NCBI GenBank assembly: GCA_038087875.1
Contig: CM075977.1
Coordinates: 17,670,001-17,734,000 of the forward strand
DNA: 64,000 nt
Source of the DNA: Malacoraja senta
Taxonomy: Eukaryota
Direction of reading: 5' to 3'
Shown: piece after piece, positions 49,318 to 63,499 of the stretch
Numbering within the stretch: the stretch's first letter is position 1
Layout of the letters: every line of letters starts with the position of its first letter
Notes under the pieces: generated by a model
Databases searched by the model: none
What the model saw: the letters and a program-made list of their open reading frames with translations, nothing else
What the model was told of the DNA's origin: nothing
Translations under genes and position numbers: made by a program

Positions 49318-49935
49318 TAGAAACATAGAAAACAGGTGCAGGAGTAGGCCATTCAGCCCTTTGAGACTGCACCGCCATTCAATATGATCATGGCTGATCA
49401 TCCAACTCAGTATCCTGTACCTGCCTTCTCTCCATACCCCCTGATCCCTTTAGCCACAAGGGCCACATCTAACTCCCCCTTAAATATAGCCAATGAACTG
49501 GCCTCAACTACCTTCTGTGGCAGAGAATTCCACAGATTCACCACTCTCTGTGTGAAAAATGTTTTTTTCATCTCGGTCCTAAAAGACTTCCCCCTTATCC
49601 TTAAATTGTAACCCCTTGTCCTGGACTTCCCCAACATCGGGAACAATCTTGCTGCATCTAGCCTGTCCAACCCCTTAAGAATTTTGTAAGTTTCTATAAG
49701 ATCCCCTCTCAATCTTCTAAATTCTAGCGAGTACAAGCCGAGTCTATCCAGTCTTTCTTCATATGAAAGTCCTGACATCCCAGTAATCAGTCTGGTGAAC
49801 CTTCTCTGTACTCCCTCTATGGCAAGAATGTCTTTCCTCAGATTAGGAGACCAAAACTGTACGCAATAGTCCAGGTGTGGTCTCACCAAGACCCTGTACA
49901 ACTGCAATAGAACCTCTCTGCTCCTATACTCAAAT
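49318..49935 (-). mobile_element. Young CR1 3' fragment
   Basis: Intact 166-aa ORF2 C-terminus 49407-49907; (tagaaaca)n tail. Confidence 0.95.
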
Positions 49936-50632
49936 GAATGAATGAATGAATATCAATGAATACTTTGCTTCTGGCCTCAAGATGGATTAGGGAATTGAAC
50001 GGTGTTAGTGAAGAAAAATATGAAGTACTGGATGAAATAAACTTGCCAAGAGAAGAATTAATGCTGTAGTTTAGCATAAATGAAAATAGATACATCACAA
50101 GAACACATCAAATTATGTTACAAACTGTTCAGAGAAGTAAGAATAAAACAAAGTGAGTCTTCCACCATCTTTCTGAAACAGAGGACTAGAAGGCATCCAA
50201 CACAGCACCCATGTATAAACGGAGACATTTGGAGGAAACAGAAACATTAGAGGTGGTTGAAATAATACTGCAAAAAATACAGAATAATATAAATGATTTC
50301 TTAGGCATGGATTAATCAAGGATAGTCAGCATGGATTTATTAACAGGCCATATCTGATTTTCTACTGTTGCTTTGTCAGAGATACTGGCTCTTCATTACT
50401 AATATAATTAATAATTTGAATTAAAATTTCCCAATTACCATAATAGGATTCAAACTAACTTCTTCAAATTAACAGTCCATGCATCTGGATACCAGTCCAG
50501 TAACTCAGCCATTACACATTCGCCTACCCCCTGTGATAACTAAACCCCAACACCATAATGTCCTATCTCCTAAACCCTTCAGTAATTCAACCATTATGCC
50601 ATGATCCCCGATCCCCTGTTCCCTATGATGTT

Positions 50633-53105
50633 AATAGACAATAGACAATAGGTGCAGGAGTAGGCCATTCTGCCCGTCGAGCCAGATCATCTGATCATCC
50701 CCAATCAGTACCCCGTTCCTGCCTTCTCTCCATATCCCGACTCTGCTATTTTTAAGAGCCCTATTTAGCTCTCTCTTGAAAGCATCCAGAGAACATGCCT
50801 CCACCGCCCTCTGAGGCAAAGAATTCCACAGACTCACCACTCTATGTGAGAAAAAGTGTTTCCTCGTCTCCGTTCTAAATGGCTTACTCCTTATTCTTAA
50901 ACGCTGGCCCCTGGTTCTGGACTCACCCAACATCGGGAACATGTTTCCTGCCTCTAGTGTGTCCAAACCCTTAACAATCTTATATGTTTCAATGAGATCC
51001 TCTCTCATCCTTCTAATCTCCAGAGTGTACAAGCCCAGCTGCTCCATTCTCTCAGCATATGACAGTCCCGCCATCCCGGGAATTAACCTTGTAAACCTAC
51101 GCTGCACTCCCTCAATAGCAAGAATGTCCTTCCTCAAATTAGGGGACCAAAACTGCACACAATACTCCAGGTGTGGTCTCACATGGGCTCTGTACAACTG
51201 CAGAAGGACCTCTTTGCTCCTATATTCGATTCCTCTTGTTATAAAGGCCAACATGCCATTCGCTTTCTTCACTGCCTGCTGTACCTGCATGCTTACTTTC
51301 ACAGACTGATGTACAAGGACCCCCAGATCCCGTTGTACTTCCCCTTTTCCCAACTTGATGCCATTTAGATAGTAATCTGCCTTCCTCTTTTTGCTACCAA
51401 AGTGGATAACTCACATTTATCCACATTAAACTTCATCTGCCCACTCCCCCAACCTGTCCAAGTCACCCTGCATTCTCATAGCATCCTCCTCATAGTTCAC
51501 ACTGCCACCGAGCTTTGTGTCATCTGCAAATTTGCTAATGTTACTTTGAATCCCTTCATCCAAATCAATGATGTATATTGCAAATAGCTGCGGTCCCAGC
51601 ACCGAGCCTTGCGGTACCCCACTAGTCACAGTCTCCCATTCTGAAAGGGACCCGTTAATCCCTACTCTTTGTTTCCTGTCTGCCAACCACTTCTCTATCC
51701 ATCTCAGCACTCTACCCCCAATACCATGTGCCCTAATTTTGTCCACTAATCTCCTATGTGGGACCTTATCAAATGCTTTCTGAAATCCAGGTACACTACA
51801 TCCACTGGCTCTCCCTTGTCCATTTTCCTAGTTACGTCTTCAAAAAATTCCAGAAGATTAGTCAAGCATGATTTCCCCTTCGTAAATCCATGCTGACTCG
51901 GACCGATCCTGTTACTGCTATCCAAATGTTCGGCTATTTCATCTTTTATAATTGACTCCAGCATCTTCCCCACCACCGATGTCAGGCTAATGGTCTATAA
52001 TTCCCTGTTTTCTCTCTCCCGCCTTTTTAAAAAGTGGGATAACATTAGCGACCCTCGAATCCATAGGGACTGATCCTGAGCCTATAGAACATTGGAAAAT
52101 TATCACCAATGCATCCACGATTTCCTTAAGTACCCTGGGATGCAGACCACCAGGCCGAGGGGATTTATCAGCCTTCCGTCCCATTAGTCTATCCAACATC
52201 ATTTCCTGCCTAATGTGGATTTCCTTCATTTCCTCCACCCCAGATCCTTGGCCACTACTATATCGGGAAGATTGTTTGTGTCCTCCTTAGTGAAGACAGA
52301 TCCAAAGTACCTTTTCAACTCATCTGCCATTTCCTTGTTCTTCATAATAAATTCACCTTTTTCGGTCTTCAAGGGTCCAACTTTGGTCTTAACTAATTTT
52401 TTCCTCTTCACATACCTAAAGAAGCTTTTACTATCCTGCTTTATATTCTTGGCTAGCTTACCTTCGTACCTCATCTTTACTCCCCGTATTGTCTTTTTGG
52501 TTATCTTCTGTTGTTCTTTAAACATTACCCAATCCTCTTGCACCCGCTCATCTTTGCTACGTTGTACTTCTTTGCTTTAATTTTTATACTGTCCCTGACG
52601 TCCTTTGTCAGCCATGGTCACCCCTTTCTCCCCTTGGAATCTTTCTTCCTCCTAGGAATGAACTGATCCTGCACCTTCTGTATTATTCCTAGAAATACCT
52701 GCTATTTTTGTTCCACTGTCATCCCTGCCAGTGTATCTTTCCAGCTCCTCCCTCATGGCCCCAAAGTCCCCTTTATTCAACTGTAACACTGACACCTCCA
52801 ATCTACCCTTCTCCCTCTCCAATTGTAGCTTAAACCTGACCATGTTATGGTCACTGCCTCCTAAAGGCTCATTAACCTCAAGGTCCTTTATCAAATCCGG
52901 TTCATTACATAACACTAAATCCAGAATTGCCTTCTTCCTGGTAGGCTGCAATACAAGCTGTTCTAAGAATCCATCACGACGGCACTCTACAAAGTCCCTT
53001 TCTTGGGGTCCAGAACCAACCTGATTTTCCCAGTCTACTTGCATGTTGAAATCTCCCACCGCATTACTTTTGCTACATGCCAATTTTAACTCCTGATTCA
53101 ACTTT
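50633..53105 (-). mobile_element. CR1 LINE, ~2.5 kb, same subfamily as 16497-18616
   Basis: GDFN, DLVLCNE, LGGSDHN (endonuclease), RT motifs, (aatagac)n tail. Confidence 0.96.
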
Positions 53106-53234
53106 TGCTACAGAAGAGCAATGAAGGGATAAATACCTTTATAGGATATTTATAGGATAAATAGGATACCAGGAACAATCCCCTCCAAATTCATTGAAAT
53201 TGTTTGGAGATCAATAAGTGATATTTAAGGTCAG

Positions 53235-53560
53235 AGTCATACACCATGGAAACAGACCATTTGCTTCACTGTGTCCGTTGACCATTAAAGCACCCATTTA
53301 ACCTATTCCACATTAATCCCATTTTATTTTTCTATTGTTCCCATTAACTATCTGAAGATTCTGTAAATGTACCCACAAACTAGGAGCAATTTACCATGAT
53401 CAATTAACCTATCAATCGGCACATATTGGAATATGGAGGAAGCTGCGGTACCTGGAGAAAACACACACATTTCCAGGGAGTGCATGCAAATTCCACACAG
53501 ACAGTAATGGAGGTTCTGATTGAACCGGGTTGTTGGAGCTGTGCCACTATGCCACCCCAT
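53235..53560 (-). mobile_element. V-SINE
   Basis: gctgtgccactatgccacccc head (rc) and V-domain similarity. Confidence 0.7.
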
Positions 53561-54169
53561 TTAGTACCATGTTTTTTTCTTTTAATTTAGCAAATAATTG
53601 TTGTATTCTTGCTGTATTGTTATGTCTTTCTATGACAGAACCATTTTACTGTACAGATACTTTTCCATAAGCATCAGCATACCTACTGGAGCCGAAAAAT
53701 ATGATTGCCTAGCGTTATTTATTTCAGCATCATGTGCATGAAAATTGACTTTTACTACAATGATATCTATTTACTGTCACTTCTGAATCATTTCATGTCA
53801 CTCTGGAAATTCCCTCCGAGGTGCGTTTATGAAAATGATACTAGATACACACCTAACATCATTCATTATATAACACCATTCCTTAGTGCTGCCAGATGAA
53901 ATTCAAGGGCATTTTTCCCAATACCTGCCTGTCAAAAATCATTCATAAATGAACAATTTTTGCCTGATCTGCAACTGTCTAATTTAAAGAACCACCGACA
54001 ATCTCATTTGCAACTCTTCTGGTGTCTGTTGCAGAATAATGTGGAAGCTATTTGCTTCCTGAAATCTGTTACTAGTCACCAGTGAGGCACTGTATGTGGT
54101 CCACCATCATGTCAGATATTGGTCATAAGCCATGGGTGCTTGTGTGAGGTCTTACTGATTTTGCTGTAA

Positions 54170-55900
54170 TAGAGTCAAGGTAATACAGCACAGGAACAAG
54201 TATTTGGCCCACCATGCCCTTAGTGACCTTTTTGCCTATCCAGAATAATCTCATTTGTATGCATAAGTACCACATCTTTCTTTGCCTTTACAATTTAAGT
54301 GTCTGTGTAAATTCCTTTTAAAGATAGTAATAGCGTGTGATTCCACCACCTCCTTTGGCTGTGCATTCCAGATATCAACCATTCCCAAAGTGTAAAAACC
54401 TTTCACTTCAGGTTATAAGGTATAACCCTTTTAAATTTCCCTCCTCTCACCTTAAGCCTATCCTTTTTATGATACTGCTCCCATGGAAAAACAATTTTAA
54501 TTATCTAATCTATTGATGCCTCTCATAATCTTATATCCAGTACTTATATCAGATCGCTGCTCCAGGGACAACAAGCCCAGCCCATCCAATCCCTCCCCCC
54601 CCCCCCCCCCCATAACTAAAGTCCTCCAATCAAGGCAACATCCTGCTGAATCTCCCACTCTCTCCAATGCACTCTCCCCAATGCAATCTTATCATTTTTA
54701 TAATGTGGCCACCAGAGTGCACACAATAGTCCAAATGTGGTCTAACCAGTGATTTGTAAAGTATCAAAATAACATTCCAATTCTTATATTTTATGACCAG
54801 GCGTAAGAAAGCAAATGTGCCATATGCATTATTCATCACCTTGCCCACAAGTTGCCACCTACAGGGAACTATGGACTTGGATCCCTTGGTTTCTCCGTTC
54901 ATCAGCATTCCTTACTACCCTTCCATTTATTGTGTATATCCCACCTCTATTTTACTTCCTAAAATATATCATGTCACACTTATCAGGATCAAATTCCAGC
55001 TGCCAATGCTCAGCCCTACTTTCTATCAGATCCATATTTTCTGTAGCCTTAGACAACCTTCATCAGCATCCACAAACTACCAATGTTTGCATCATCCACA
55101 AATGTATCAATCATATCTACATTTACATCCGAGTTATTAATATATATCACAAACAGCAAAGGATCCAGCACTGATCCTTGCGATACACCACTCGCCATAA
55201 ACTTTCAAATGAAAACCACCCATTCACTATCTCCCATCTCCAAGCCAATTTTAGATCTGAAAAAGGTTCCCGACTTGAATCATCACTTATTTATGTTCTG
55301 CAAGGATGCTGCCTTCCCACTGTTGGTTCTGCATTTTGTGTCTTTCTTTGGTAAACGAGCCATCTGCATTTACTTGTTTTTACAATTTTAGATCCAATTA
55401 GTTAGCCCTTCTTTGATTCCATGTACCTTAACTTCTGGACCACCCTACAATATCAGACGCAGAGAATTGCCTAACTACAATCCGGGTAGTTAAAATCTAT
55501 TACTCTTCCTTATCAATGTCCTTGGTTTCCTTCTGAAAAATCTCAATCAAATTAGTGTTAGTAATTCTCCCTTAGAAATCTGTGCTGACTAGATAATGCT
55601 TGTCTTTCTAAATGAACACAAATCTGTCCCATAGAATTTCTCCAAGAATATCCAACACCTCCTCCTTCTTGATTTCTACATGCCCTGGAATATAAGTATC
55701 CCCATTGATTTCATTATCCTCCATATCATTCTCTTTGGTGAATACCAATGTGAAGTACTCATTTAGTACCTCACTCGCTTCCACTGGCTCTAGATATTAA
55801 TTCCCTCCTTTGTCATTGAGTGGTCTATCCTTCACTCTAATTACCTTCATTTTTAATGTTGGCATAAAATATTTTGGGATTTTCCTTAATCCTACTCTCC
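54170..55900 (-). mobile_element. Old CR1 fragment with nested Penelope-type repeat (~55255-55385)
   Basis: LYKSLVRPHLDYCV in ORF 54630-54908; GVSQGSVLDPLLFVIYINN on the minus strand. Confidence 0.82.
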
Positions 55901-57109
55901 ATGGATATTTCATAGCCCCTATTAAGCCTCTTATTTTGGAACATTTTAGAACAACAAGGATTTCAGCAGATGTGGAACCACAGATGTGGAAGCTCTTCTT
56001 CTTACGTAAACAGAAACGCTCTCATTTCAAATAAACAATATGAATTTTTGCGTGGCCATTTTGAAATAGGTTCATTTATAAAGAAATCATATTGTCCTAA
56101 AAAAATAGACTGATTATATGCATTCAGACAGCACACAACAAAACCATCTTAGATCAAAGCAAATGCCAAGATTTTGCATGACGCTGGAACATTCAAGTAG
56201 AATTAGTATATGTAAACATTAAAAAAAATGAAAGACAATTCAGTGGCTGTGTTTAAACATGTTTTTGAAGCATATAATTTTGGGATATTTAAATTTTGTA
56301 TCCATAATTACTGCAGATATATTAAATTTGATAACAAATGAAGGCGAAAAAATAAGATGTTTTTTGTTAGAAGATTGGAGAAGATTAAGGACTGTATTAA
56401 TATGCTTTTAAAACACCAACTAGATAAAATACTATGAAAAGAAACAAATATAAGAGTGAGGGTATTCAAACTAAAAATCAAAAACAGAATTTGGAACAGC
56501 AGAATGATCTTTTACAAAAATTAAATACTCTCCCAAAGTTCTGATTGACTAACAAATCATGTCAAATCATAATTATAACACATCATAATCATAATAAATC
56601 ATAAGAGTGGTTGGTTGAAGACAAACTGAGTAAAAGGATACAGTAAGAAGGTAATTTCATGGTATTGGAACTACTGCTCTGAGCATGCCCCACTATGGAT
56701 TAGTAGTAGCCAATGGCCTGTTGCCATCTTATAATTTCAGTATAATTTTATGCAGGTGAACAAAAGATAGCTAACCTAAACAATTTTAGGGAGCTTGAAT
56801 GCATCGCATGTACTCCAAAATATATGGAGGAAAACAGAATAGTTCTAATGCATAAAATACATTTTTTACCTTTATAAATACCCTCTTAATGCACTATCAA
56901 CAGGAGCGACATTGTTTTAATTAACATTGCATGAAGTGCATGCCACACATTCTGAATTCAGTATATACTGGAAGAATACATAAATTTGCGAGAAATCAAA
57001 GACACTCTATGAAAACTTTGCAAGTGGGGCCAGAAGTATAGAGTGGAATAAATGGATGACACAAAGCTGAATACCATAAACATTTGTGAAAAATATTAAT
57101 GACAATGTA

Positions 57110-57384
57110 CAGGTGACCCCTGCATTATGGACGAGTTCCATTCATACAAACAGTCTGTATTGTGAATTTCCAGAACACAAAGCTACGTCATCTATGCATG
57201 CAAAAGAAATGTGACTTGAAATCAATATGTTTATTTGTTTATTTTCTTTTCACATAATTTTTGCGAAAACTAATTTTATTCCATATCTCAAATTATGTCA
57301 TGATTTGTGAATTCTGTAAAGGCTAATTTCCATTACTAGAATGGTAACCATTAAAGGTAACCCCCATTATTTGGTTGTTGCCTG
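57110..57384. mobile_element. Tigger-like MITE
   Basis: TA|CAGGTGACCCC...GTTGTTGCCTG|TA with imperfect TIRs. Confidence 0.5.
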
Positions 57385-58771
57385 TAGTGTTTTAATAAGA
57401 AATCATTAATATTTATTATTCAATTTAACCTTTTGTGCACTGAAAATAACAATGCAAATATAAATTTGCTTTTTATTTAATATGTTTTCAAATTATAAAA
57501 ATATAAATATTTCTATTTTTTTTTTTTTAATGTTTGTACGAAAATCACATGTAATTCAATAAATTAACTGTATTCTTCATTCCATTATCACTTAAATCAA
57601 AACTAGCATATTTTATTATTAGTGTTGTGAACAAACTCCACCCAAAAGATAGAAATGTGCCATTGCTTTGTGGGGGCACTTTTCAACCTTCTTGAGAACT
57701 AACAATGTATAATCAACTTCATGCTGAATTCAATTTGTCATTTGCACAAGCTTCCAGGCACTGCACATTGTTATCTGGCTGGATATAGAGCGATGTTTGC
57801 CCTCCCACATTGTGTTTAACAAGTTGTAGTAAGGCCTTAGCGACAACTAGGCCTCAGGTGGCATAGCCCTGAGTCCAATTCCAAGTCACTCTGATAAGCT
57901 TTGACAGAATGAAAGACAGGAACTGAAACTTTGGCTCCTGGCAGAGTCTGTTAAGGCAGAGATGTGTGTTTCTTAAATGCTTATTTTTTTTTCAGCGATG
58001 TTTAATAGATGTTACAATTACTTCAAATAACTAAAATGAAAATTACTCAACTTTTTGTAAAATTATTAAAAGCAACACATTAAAGCATTAATAATAAAAA
58101 TCTAAGAATTAAGTAAAATAAATAAAAAATATTTGACTGAAATTTCATCACGTACCTTTTACAGGGTCAATATCTCCTTTCAGTCACATTTCCAAAGCCA
58201 TGTGTAGCTGCTTTAGGAAGCACAGCCAAGGTGGATTTCCTATTGCTGCCATATGTCTCTCAGCACACCCTGAACTTCAGGTCTGCACATATCCTTTGCT
58301 CATTTACATGGCTGACTGACCTTGTAGCCAGCTCAATTTAACTCTTGTGTTTGACTGCAGGTGTCAACATAGGTTGAAAGGGCTATCCTTACTATCCAAA
58401 AGATAACCATCAACTTTGAACATAATTGTTACTTTGTATGGCTCATTTCAGACATAAACTTGTGATAAGGCATTTTGGAACAATTAATTGCACCCCTTCA
58501 CTCATTCATTACATCGTGTCTCTCCGAACCATTATGGAGATTGGAGCTTATTGTGTCCAAAAGTCCACTAACAAAATGCTAATTAAATTAGTTCTTATTT
58601 TCAAAGCTTAGAGCAAAGTAGAAGCAGAAGCAGAACAAACATATTCAAATCAGTACTCTAACCAACACTCATCTGATCCGGAAAGTATCTTCAGCATTTA
58701 GAATAATTATTGTGCAGATATGAGGAATACACCCAATGGCATTAAATTTCTTGAGAAAAAGTGACACCTAC

Positions 58772-59013
58772 CTGTTTGACTTAGCTGTGATGTGCTGCGG
58801 CTACGCCTTGAGAGACCTACGATAGCTACCATTTTGGCGCCGATACTCGATCTTCGTTTTTTGCCACCGGTGACAACCGTGCCCACAGCTGTGTCGGATT
58901 GGCTGCCATCATTCTTCTCTATGCTGTACATTTCTCCAATCACACTGGTGCTTTTCGTCATGTTCTTTCCTGAGGTCACCATCTGTTTGCTTTGCAGTTT
59001 AGATGTAAAGACA
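58772..59013 (-). CDS. RIMS2: Internal coding exon (242 nt, phase 2 to phase 1) of regulating synaptic membrane exocytosis protein 2, linker upstream of the C2B domain
   Basis: (S)VFTSKLQSKQMVTSGKNMTKSTSVIGEMYSIEKNDGSQSDTAVGTVVTGGKKRRSSIGAKMVAIVGLSRRSRSTSQLSQT; acceptor ctcacag| at 59014, donor ACAG|GTAGGT at 58771. SVFTSK, KNMTKSTS and AKMVAIVGLS favour RIMS2 over RIMS1. Confidence 0.93.
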
Positions 59014-60277
59014 CTGTGAGCCGTTGATACAGATAAGTAAATCAACAGAAAAGACAGGGGAAAAGAGAGAGGAAGATACAATAGGATAGGTTTCAACCAG
59101 AGGGACTAGGAAATGCGAGGATAAAGCAATTCAGCTCAAGGCATTGCAGAGCAAGAATAACGCATTTCTCTGATACCTTAAGATGGCCTTGGAAGATCTG
59201 ATATTAATTGAAGTAACAAACAAAATCAAATGAAAACTTTGCAGACACATGCAGCAGTTGGTTTTACAGATTTTTTTTTTCCATTTTTTCACAATTAAAT
59301 AGCTATAGACAAGAATTATAACCATTCATTTTGGATGTGCCATGAGATAACTAAACCAGAAACTCAAAATTATTCTGATATGCTGCTGCCTCTAGTGCCC
59401 CTTGGGGCCTGAATTTATTGCTGGTTTTCTTTGGGACTGCAAAAGACCTGCCAATCAGCGAGAATAATGTTCATGTGTTTTCCAGTATGATATAAAATTG
59501 AGGTACAGAGTGGGTAGTGGGAGCAGAGGCATTTATTGAAATGTCAACTCTAAGGAATATCTACAATGAAATAATCACGGTTCCAATATAATCAGATTAA
59601 TGATTTGTTCATTTTTTTAAATGATGCTAATGAGATGATTGAGTTTTCCAGTGAGTGATGGAGAAGGGCACATAAACCAAGAAAGTCTTAGGTTCTCTGG
59701 CTTAATCCCTCTGGATTAACAGTTTTTCTTATGATACGTGTTTTTTTTGTTTTTTTTCTTGCTCCTGTTCCACAACTCCTCATTCATTCTAGTCTTAAAC
59801 ATGGGCATTATCTGCATTTCAGCTAGTTTCTTCAGACATGGCATGCAACTTGACCTGGAGCTACGTTTTCATTACTACACGCTCTCCAGCATCAAACTTG
59901 CTGATTTTGGCTTCCATAACATTATCCTTTTCCACTTGCGCCTCATTTTCTGCAGAGACGCTCACCTCTGGCTTTTTGACACCTACATCTGACTATTCTA
60001 ATGCTTTCTCAATTTGCCTCTTACCTTGTAACCTTTCCTAAACTTGCAAACAAAACTGAAAACAAATTTAGGACTTGTTCATCCTGCCCACCTGTGCCCA
60101 TTGATTCACCTGAGTCTGATAATACATTCGTTTTAATATGACCTTGCTCATTCCCACTCCATAGCCTTGAGTTACATTACAATCCTGCAGAATCTCTTCA
60201 TTCCTTTCATTCTGGCTTCTTCTTTATCCCTGAAGTTCTTCGCATCACTACTGACAAATTCAGTGGCTGTGTTTATG

Positions 60278-60577
60278 TTTTTAGTTTTAGTTTTAGAGAT
60301 ACAGAGTGGAAACAGGCCCTTCGGCCCACAAGTCCGTAGCGGCCAGTGATTCCCGCACATTAACACTGCCCTACACACACACTACGGACAATTTTACATT
60401 TATTCCCATCCAATTAACCTACAAACCTATAGGTCTTCGGAGTGTGGGAGGAAACGAAAGATCTTGGCGAAAACTCACGCAGGTCATGGGGAGAACATAC
60501 AAACTCTGTACAGACAACACCCATAGTCAGGATCATACCCGGGTCTCTGGCTCTACCGCTACTCCACCATGGCGCCC
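60278..60577 (-). mobile_element. HE1-like V-SINE
   Basis: (gtttta)n tail, V-domain and tRNA-like head. Confidence 0.83.
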
Positions 60578-61164
60578 TAACTTCTGGCAGCCCATTCCTG
60601 AACTTCTCCATACTCTGCAGCTCTATTTTTTTATCATCCCCTCTCCATCAAGATGATGTTCTTGAAGACTTATCCCTAAACCTAGACCAATTGTTAATCA
60701 AGTTAGAAGGATCACATCCAGCTCCACTTTATGAAAACACAGCTGTCCTTGGAATAATCATACTTCACACAGTCCAATGTGCGCTTTTGGCCTTGCTACA
60801 CAGAAATAAATAGTGCTACCCAATCAAAAATTTCCAGTCGAGACAAAACAGTTCCTTTTCTGAACTGCCTTTAATATTGAGAATTTCTCCAGTAAAATGC
60901 CAAGCATATCTACCAAGTACTGAGGCAATCAGAAACATTTAACATATTCTGAGAAAATACTTAAAATAGTAATCAAGAGGTCACTTGTTGAACTAAAACA
61001 ATTGTTTACTAATGGCACAGATGGATGGCCATTGTGTTCCGTTCATGAATAGCAATGGCTAAATGTGCACATGCTGCTTTTACAATTAGCACCCTACACT
61101 GACACATTCATTTTAAGATGACATGAACTGTGGATTTTACCAGGAAAGGCAGCTCCTAACACTT

Positions 61165-61360
61165 TTGTCTTTATAATGAGTGGTTTGGTAGTGTTAGGTT
61201 TTAAATGGTTTAATGTCAACCACTGTTTTCTGGGTCAGGAGCCACACATAGACCAGACCAGGTAATTGTGTTAGATTTCCTCACATAAAAGACATCAGTG
61301 AACCTGTGGTTTTCACAACAGTCTATGATTACTATTACTGATGCTGGGCTTTTATTCAAA
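61165..61360. mobile_element. Ancient SINE-like remnant
   Basis: ggagccacacatagaccagaccaggtaa...agatttcc...gacatcagtgaacc resembles a repeat I recall from shark genomes; family not determined. Confidence 0.35.
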
Positions 61361-61394
61361 AATTACATCTGGGATTTTCTAGAAGTTTACAAGG

Positions 61395-62010
61395 GTCATA
61401 AGATCATAAGTGATAGGAGTAGAATTAGGCCATTTGGCCCATTAAGTCTACTCCACCATTCAATCATGGCTGATCTATCTCTCCCTCCTAACCCCATTCT
61501 ACTGCCTTCTCTCCATAACCTCTGACACCCACACTAATCAAAAATCTATCTATCTCTGCCTTAAATATATCCACTGACTTTGCCTCCACAGCCTTCTGTG
61601 GCAAATAATTCTACAGATTCACCACCCTCTGACTAAAGAAATTCCTCCTCATCTCCTTCCTAAAAGAATGTCGTAGGTTCACCCACTAGTGGAAACATCC
61701 GCTCTATATCCACTCGAACAAAGCCTTTCACTATTCTGTACTTCAATGAGATTCACCCCTCATTCTTCTAAACTCCAGTGAATATAGGCCCAGTGCCGTC
61801 AAACGCTTATTATATGTTAACCTACTCATTCCATAAACCTCCTCAGGACCCTCTCCAAAGCCAGCATATCCTTCCTCAGATATGGTCCCCAAAATTACTC
61901 ACCATATTCCAAATGCAGCCTGACCAGTTCATTTGTAATAGAGCCCCCGCATTACATACCTGTTTTTGTCTCTCTAAATAAATGCTAGCATTGTGTTTAC
62001 TTTCTTTCCT
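61395..62010 (-). mobile_element. CR1 3' fragment of a further subfamily, (cataag)n-like tail
   Basis: aggccatttggccc...ccattcaatcatggctgatc, cagccttctgtggcaaa and cattcttctaaactccagtga motifs. Confidence 0.82.
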
Positions 62011-63499
62011 ACCGGATCCAGAACCAGCTTCCTTTTGCCCTGCTGCAGATCATGTGTGTATAATTTTCAGGGCACCATCGTAAAGAGTAAAGCTAACTTG
62101 ATCATATTGTTAAACTTCCAACCAACCTCAATTAAGAAAGCATTAAGATGTCCGCACATTCAGTATTGCATTTTTTTTGTGTGTGAAAGCATAAGTTTTG
62201 AAATAAATAACGGAGCAGAAGTTCTATTCCAATAATCTCATCATAGGTCAAGAGCACATATCACAAAAGTCCATATTCTTAATTTCCTTTTCCACCTACC
62301 ATGTATAGCAAATAAACAACTATGGGCTTAGTTTATGCAACTTTGCTCCACATGCTCTGGACATGTCCTTCCTAGACATAAGCAGATTTTTAACACCAAA
62401 CTTGCACTAAAATATTTGTTAGAACTAAATGAATAATCATATTAAACAAGAAACAATCTGACGTGATGAGAGATTTCAGTAATATCTTGAGGAGTACCAT
62501 GTTTACAAAAAAGGAACTTACTTGTGCGTATTAGATCACACTTGCTTAATAGATTACACACAAACCAGAAGGGTCAATTAGCCACCATTGGAAAATTGTT
62601 CCAAAGATTACTGGACACCCTCCACAATAACTTCCACCATGCCAGAAGATTTCCCTGGTTCAGATACACATCTAAAGATGTCATCTGGTATGGAGCATCG
62701 ATATCTGCATTTTGCAACAAAGAACAGATGGCATATGCGGAATGTTATAACCTCAAAATCTCAAAGGAGATATGACAAATTAACCCACAAATCCATCAGT
62801 GTATTTCTCTCTGCTGGCCTGAGCTTTTACTCAGTAGCCCATTTCTACGTGCATAGTTGGATGTTCCATAACATATTTCTGTATAATTGGCTCCACAGAT
62901 ACATGCAGCAATCACTGCCAATATGATGACTCCATATCTCACAGTGGCATGTTGCCACTTGCAACATGGGACCCGATCTGTGCATTTGTCGGTTAACAGG
63001 TGGGGTAGTGAGGAGTTTGTTGCTTTGCCATGTAGAAAATATGTAACTTCTCCTTCCCTGTGCTTTACCTCAACTCCATGCTGGACTTGAGCAGCCCAGT
63101 GGCTACCTGGATAGAGGTTCTTTTGAACTGTTAGACTTTTCTCATGATTCACAGCAGCAAAGATATGACAGGAGCAATCTCTGCAGGCAGCTATCACCAG
63201 GAACCACACATGTAGAAGTTGTAATGCATAAATGATGGTGAAAACCACATTGGGTTCTTTTAATGGGGTATTTGCCAATTTCCCTTTTTGTGAGATTTTA
63301 AATTGAATGCTGACATTACACACATCATTTATTTCACGCTTCAAAAAGGGCGAATTCCAACTTGTAGGCAATAGACTATTAGCACATAAACATGCCTTTG
63401 ACCCAACTTGTCCATGAAGATCAAGTTCCCTACACCAGCTAGTCTCATTTGCGTTTATTTGTATGATATTCAAGAAATCTCCAGGACCAGACAATGTTT

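Noticed and set aside
58155-58340. Minus-strand donor AAAG|GTACGT near the RIMS2 exon
   Set aside because: All three frames have stops shortly upstream; no support for a coding exon
58707-59096. 129-aa ORF as a standalone gene
   Set aside because: Only 58772-59013 is RIMS-like and splice-bounded; the flanks are polypyrimidine tract and intron read-through
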